Position numbers and translations under genes: made by a program. A DNA stretch of 64,000 nucleotides from contig JBITNC010000001.1 of NCBI GenBank assembly GCA_050084985.1, forward strand, positions 202,678,001 through 202,742,000, in the 5' to 3' direction. This stretch comes from Nageia nagi (Eukaryota; Plantae; Pinophyta). The notes under the pieces were generated by a model, which worked only from the letters and a program-made list of their open reading frames with translations, ran no database searches and was not told the origin of the DNA. Below are positions 63,507 through 64,000 of this stretch, piece by piece (the first letter of the stretch is position 1; every line of letters begins with the position of its first letter).

Positions 63507-64000
63507 GACACCTGTTGATCTGCTGGTATTGTTCGGCTCTTTGGAGTTACAGGAGTTCGAAAGGTGGCCGGGAATGCTGGTTGACGGTTTTTTTTTTTTT
63601 TTTTGGACACAACTGATAAATTTAAACATGCAAACTATTAATTGCCTAACTATGATTAAAATAACATACCACTTAATGCGATATCTGGCGGATGTGACAG
63701 GTACGGATACACATGTGAAAGTGACTAAGCCGGATATGCTGAGATCACGCCTTGAAGAAAGCGCATGGAATCGAACGCCGTCGTCTGCTGCCATAGTGAA
63801 CGCGATGTATTCTGGCTGACACGTGACGCATCAAGTGAAGTTTGGCACGTGATAGATAGACTTGAAGTGCCTTGGATGAATAATCACGAATTAAGGAGTA
63901 CAACTATCTTCCAACTAATCCGGCGCGGTCATTGAACGGCACAAGACACATGTGGGGTCATATCTACCCATGCTGCTGCCACGTATGATGTAGGTGTCTC

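Noticed and set aside
63507-63794. N-terminal ~96 aa of the 690-aa ORF
   Set aside because: It includes a poly-A-derived KKKKK and looks like leader or intron sequence. The homolog at 37262 begins at the position equivalent to MGPKRREEP.

Overview
Eukaryotic, AT-rich, CpG-depleted plant DNA; the giant TE-filled introns and TE families suggest a gymnosperm (inference). The only host gene is a kinase-associated protein phosphatase (KAPP, FHA + PP2C) on the minus strand. Five exons are visible: 44610-44418, 44224-44049, 43918-43760, then a 38.2-kb intron, then 5563-5406 and 5298-5237. The 5563-5406 exon has a 1-bp frameshifting deletion. No first or last exons were found in the window. Nearly everything else is nested, mostly decayed transposable elements. 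These include a ~19-kb Tat-type Ty3/gypsy element (gag-PR-aRNaseH-RT-RH-IN, plus a large extra ORF whose sequence recurs upstream of gag), a spliced hAT transposase pseudogene with three tandem stem-loops in its 5'-UTR intron, and a hAT MITE. There are also several solo LTRs with target-site duplications (one nested inverted inside a relative), Copia fragments, a decayed non-L1 LINE, a non-autonomous LTR element and a scrambled second Tat copy. At the right end is a young, CpG-rich LTR element with a nearly intact env-position ORF split by a -1 frameshift. No rRNA or tRNA genes and no CRISPR array were seen.
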